The position numbers and the translations under genes were made by a program. From contig NIVC01001500.1 in assembly GCA_002269645.1 (NCBI GenBank), positions 186,001-250,000 on the forward strand: a stretch of 64,000 nt of DNA, in the 5' to 3' direction. The notes below the pieces were generated by a model that did not search any database, was not told where the DNA came from, and saw nothing but the letters and a program-made list of their open reading frames with translations. The DNA comes from Macrostomum lignano. Lineage: Eukaryota. How positions within the stretch are numbered: the stretch's first letter is position 1; every line of letters begins with the position of its first letter. Of the stretch, positions 63,317 through 64,000 are shown piece by piece.

Positions 63317-64000
63317 ATGGATTTATCTAATGAACGTCAAAGACAAAGATCAATAAAAAGAAAGGCAGATACACTTATTTCTGAGGTGCTTACTGATGAA
63401 ACCAATAGTCAAAATGAAGTCAATGATAATGCTAATATCTCTAAGGAAACTTTGGCTAATACTAATACTACTAGCATTATAGAATTAGATTTATCAACTG
63501 ACTATTATTATCCAGAGTCAAGTGAAGAAGATGAAGATGAAGATCCATTATCAAAAAGTATTGGTTTTAATGAGACACTTAAAGAGTGGGCAATCAAATT
63601 TAATATAACGCATGCCGCTACTTCAGAATTATTGCAATTACTTTCAAGTCATATTCCAAACCTGCCTAAGTCAGCAAGGTCCCTTCTAAGCACACCACGA
63701 GTTAATAATATTACTATTCTTGGCTCTGGAAAGTTTGTATATTTTGGCCTTGATGAGATCAAAAAAAAGATACCACAAAATAATAGAATGTTTTCAAAGC
63801 TACAAGTGCAAATCAACATTGATGGACTCCCTATTTTTAAAAGCTCAAAGCAAGAATTTTGGCCTATTCTTGGTGCAGTTGGTTCTAGTGCACCATTTGT
63901 TATTGCAGTGTACTTTGGACCTGGTAAACCTATGCTTGAAGCATTTTTAACTCAGCTAATTTGTGATTTGAAAGAAATTGAAGACTATGTTAGCTTAATA
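63317..64000 (+). CDS. CACTA/EnSpm (CMC)-type transposase, open to the window edge; the element may start near 62186
   Basis: Open 228-codon frame with LKEWAIKFNI, LPKSARSLLSTP, QINIDGLPIFKSS and FWPILG. Confidence 0.8.
   Translation, partial: MDLSNERQRQRSIKRKADTLISEVLTDETNSQNEVNDNANISKETLANTNTTSIIELDLSTDYYYPESSEEDEDEDPLSKSIGFNETLKEWAIKFNITHAATSELLQLLSSHIPNLPKSARSLLSTPRVNNITILGSGKFVYFGLDEIKKKIPQNNRMFSKLQVQINIDGLPIFKSSKQEFWPILGAVGSSAPFVIAVYFGPGKPMLEAFLTQLICDLKEIEDYVSLI

Overview
Eukaryotic (invertebrate-type) genomic window. It has GC-rich spliced host genes in AT-rich, minisatellite- and transposon-dense DNA. Host genes are: an STS-type arylsulfatase carrying two frameshifts (104-3539), a probable two-exon neuropeptide precursor (10348-11062), the first coding exon of a heparan-sulfate 2-O-sulfotransferase (33887-34308, minus) and SPSB3 (36543-39726, minus). 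The stand-out feature is a 15.5-kb near-perfect palindromic element (17852-33356). It has two ~7.3-kb inverted arms around an 828-bp unique spacer and is flanked by an 8-9-bp TSD-like direct repeat. Each arm has a terminal stem-loop, phased A-tracts, a ~100-copy 19-bp array and four intronless, virus/plasmid-like genes. The largest protein (977 aa) has motifs resembling a Rep_trans/inovirus-gpII rolling-circle initiator (inferred by eye, not searched). The spacer looks like a replication origin (3x20-bp repeats, a GC palindrome, a pure-AT tract) and holds one more gene. I recognise no transposase, integrase, polymerase, helicase or capsid gene in it and cannot assign it to a known family. The right third of the window is a stack of DNA transposons with verifiable TSDs: a five-level nest at 51009-61576, a MULE inside a hAT-like element, a TRIM-like LTR element, and Helitron, RTE and CACTA pieces.
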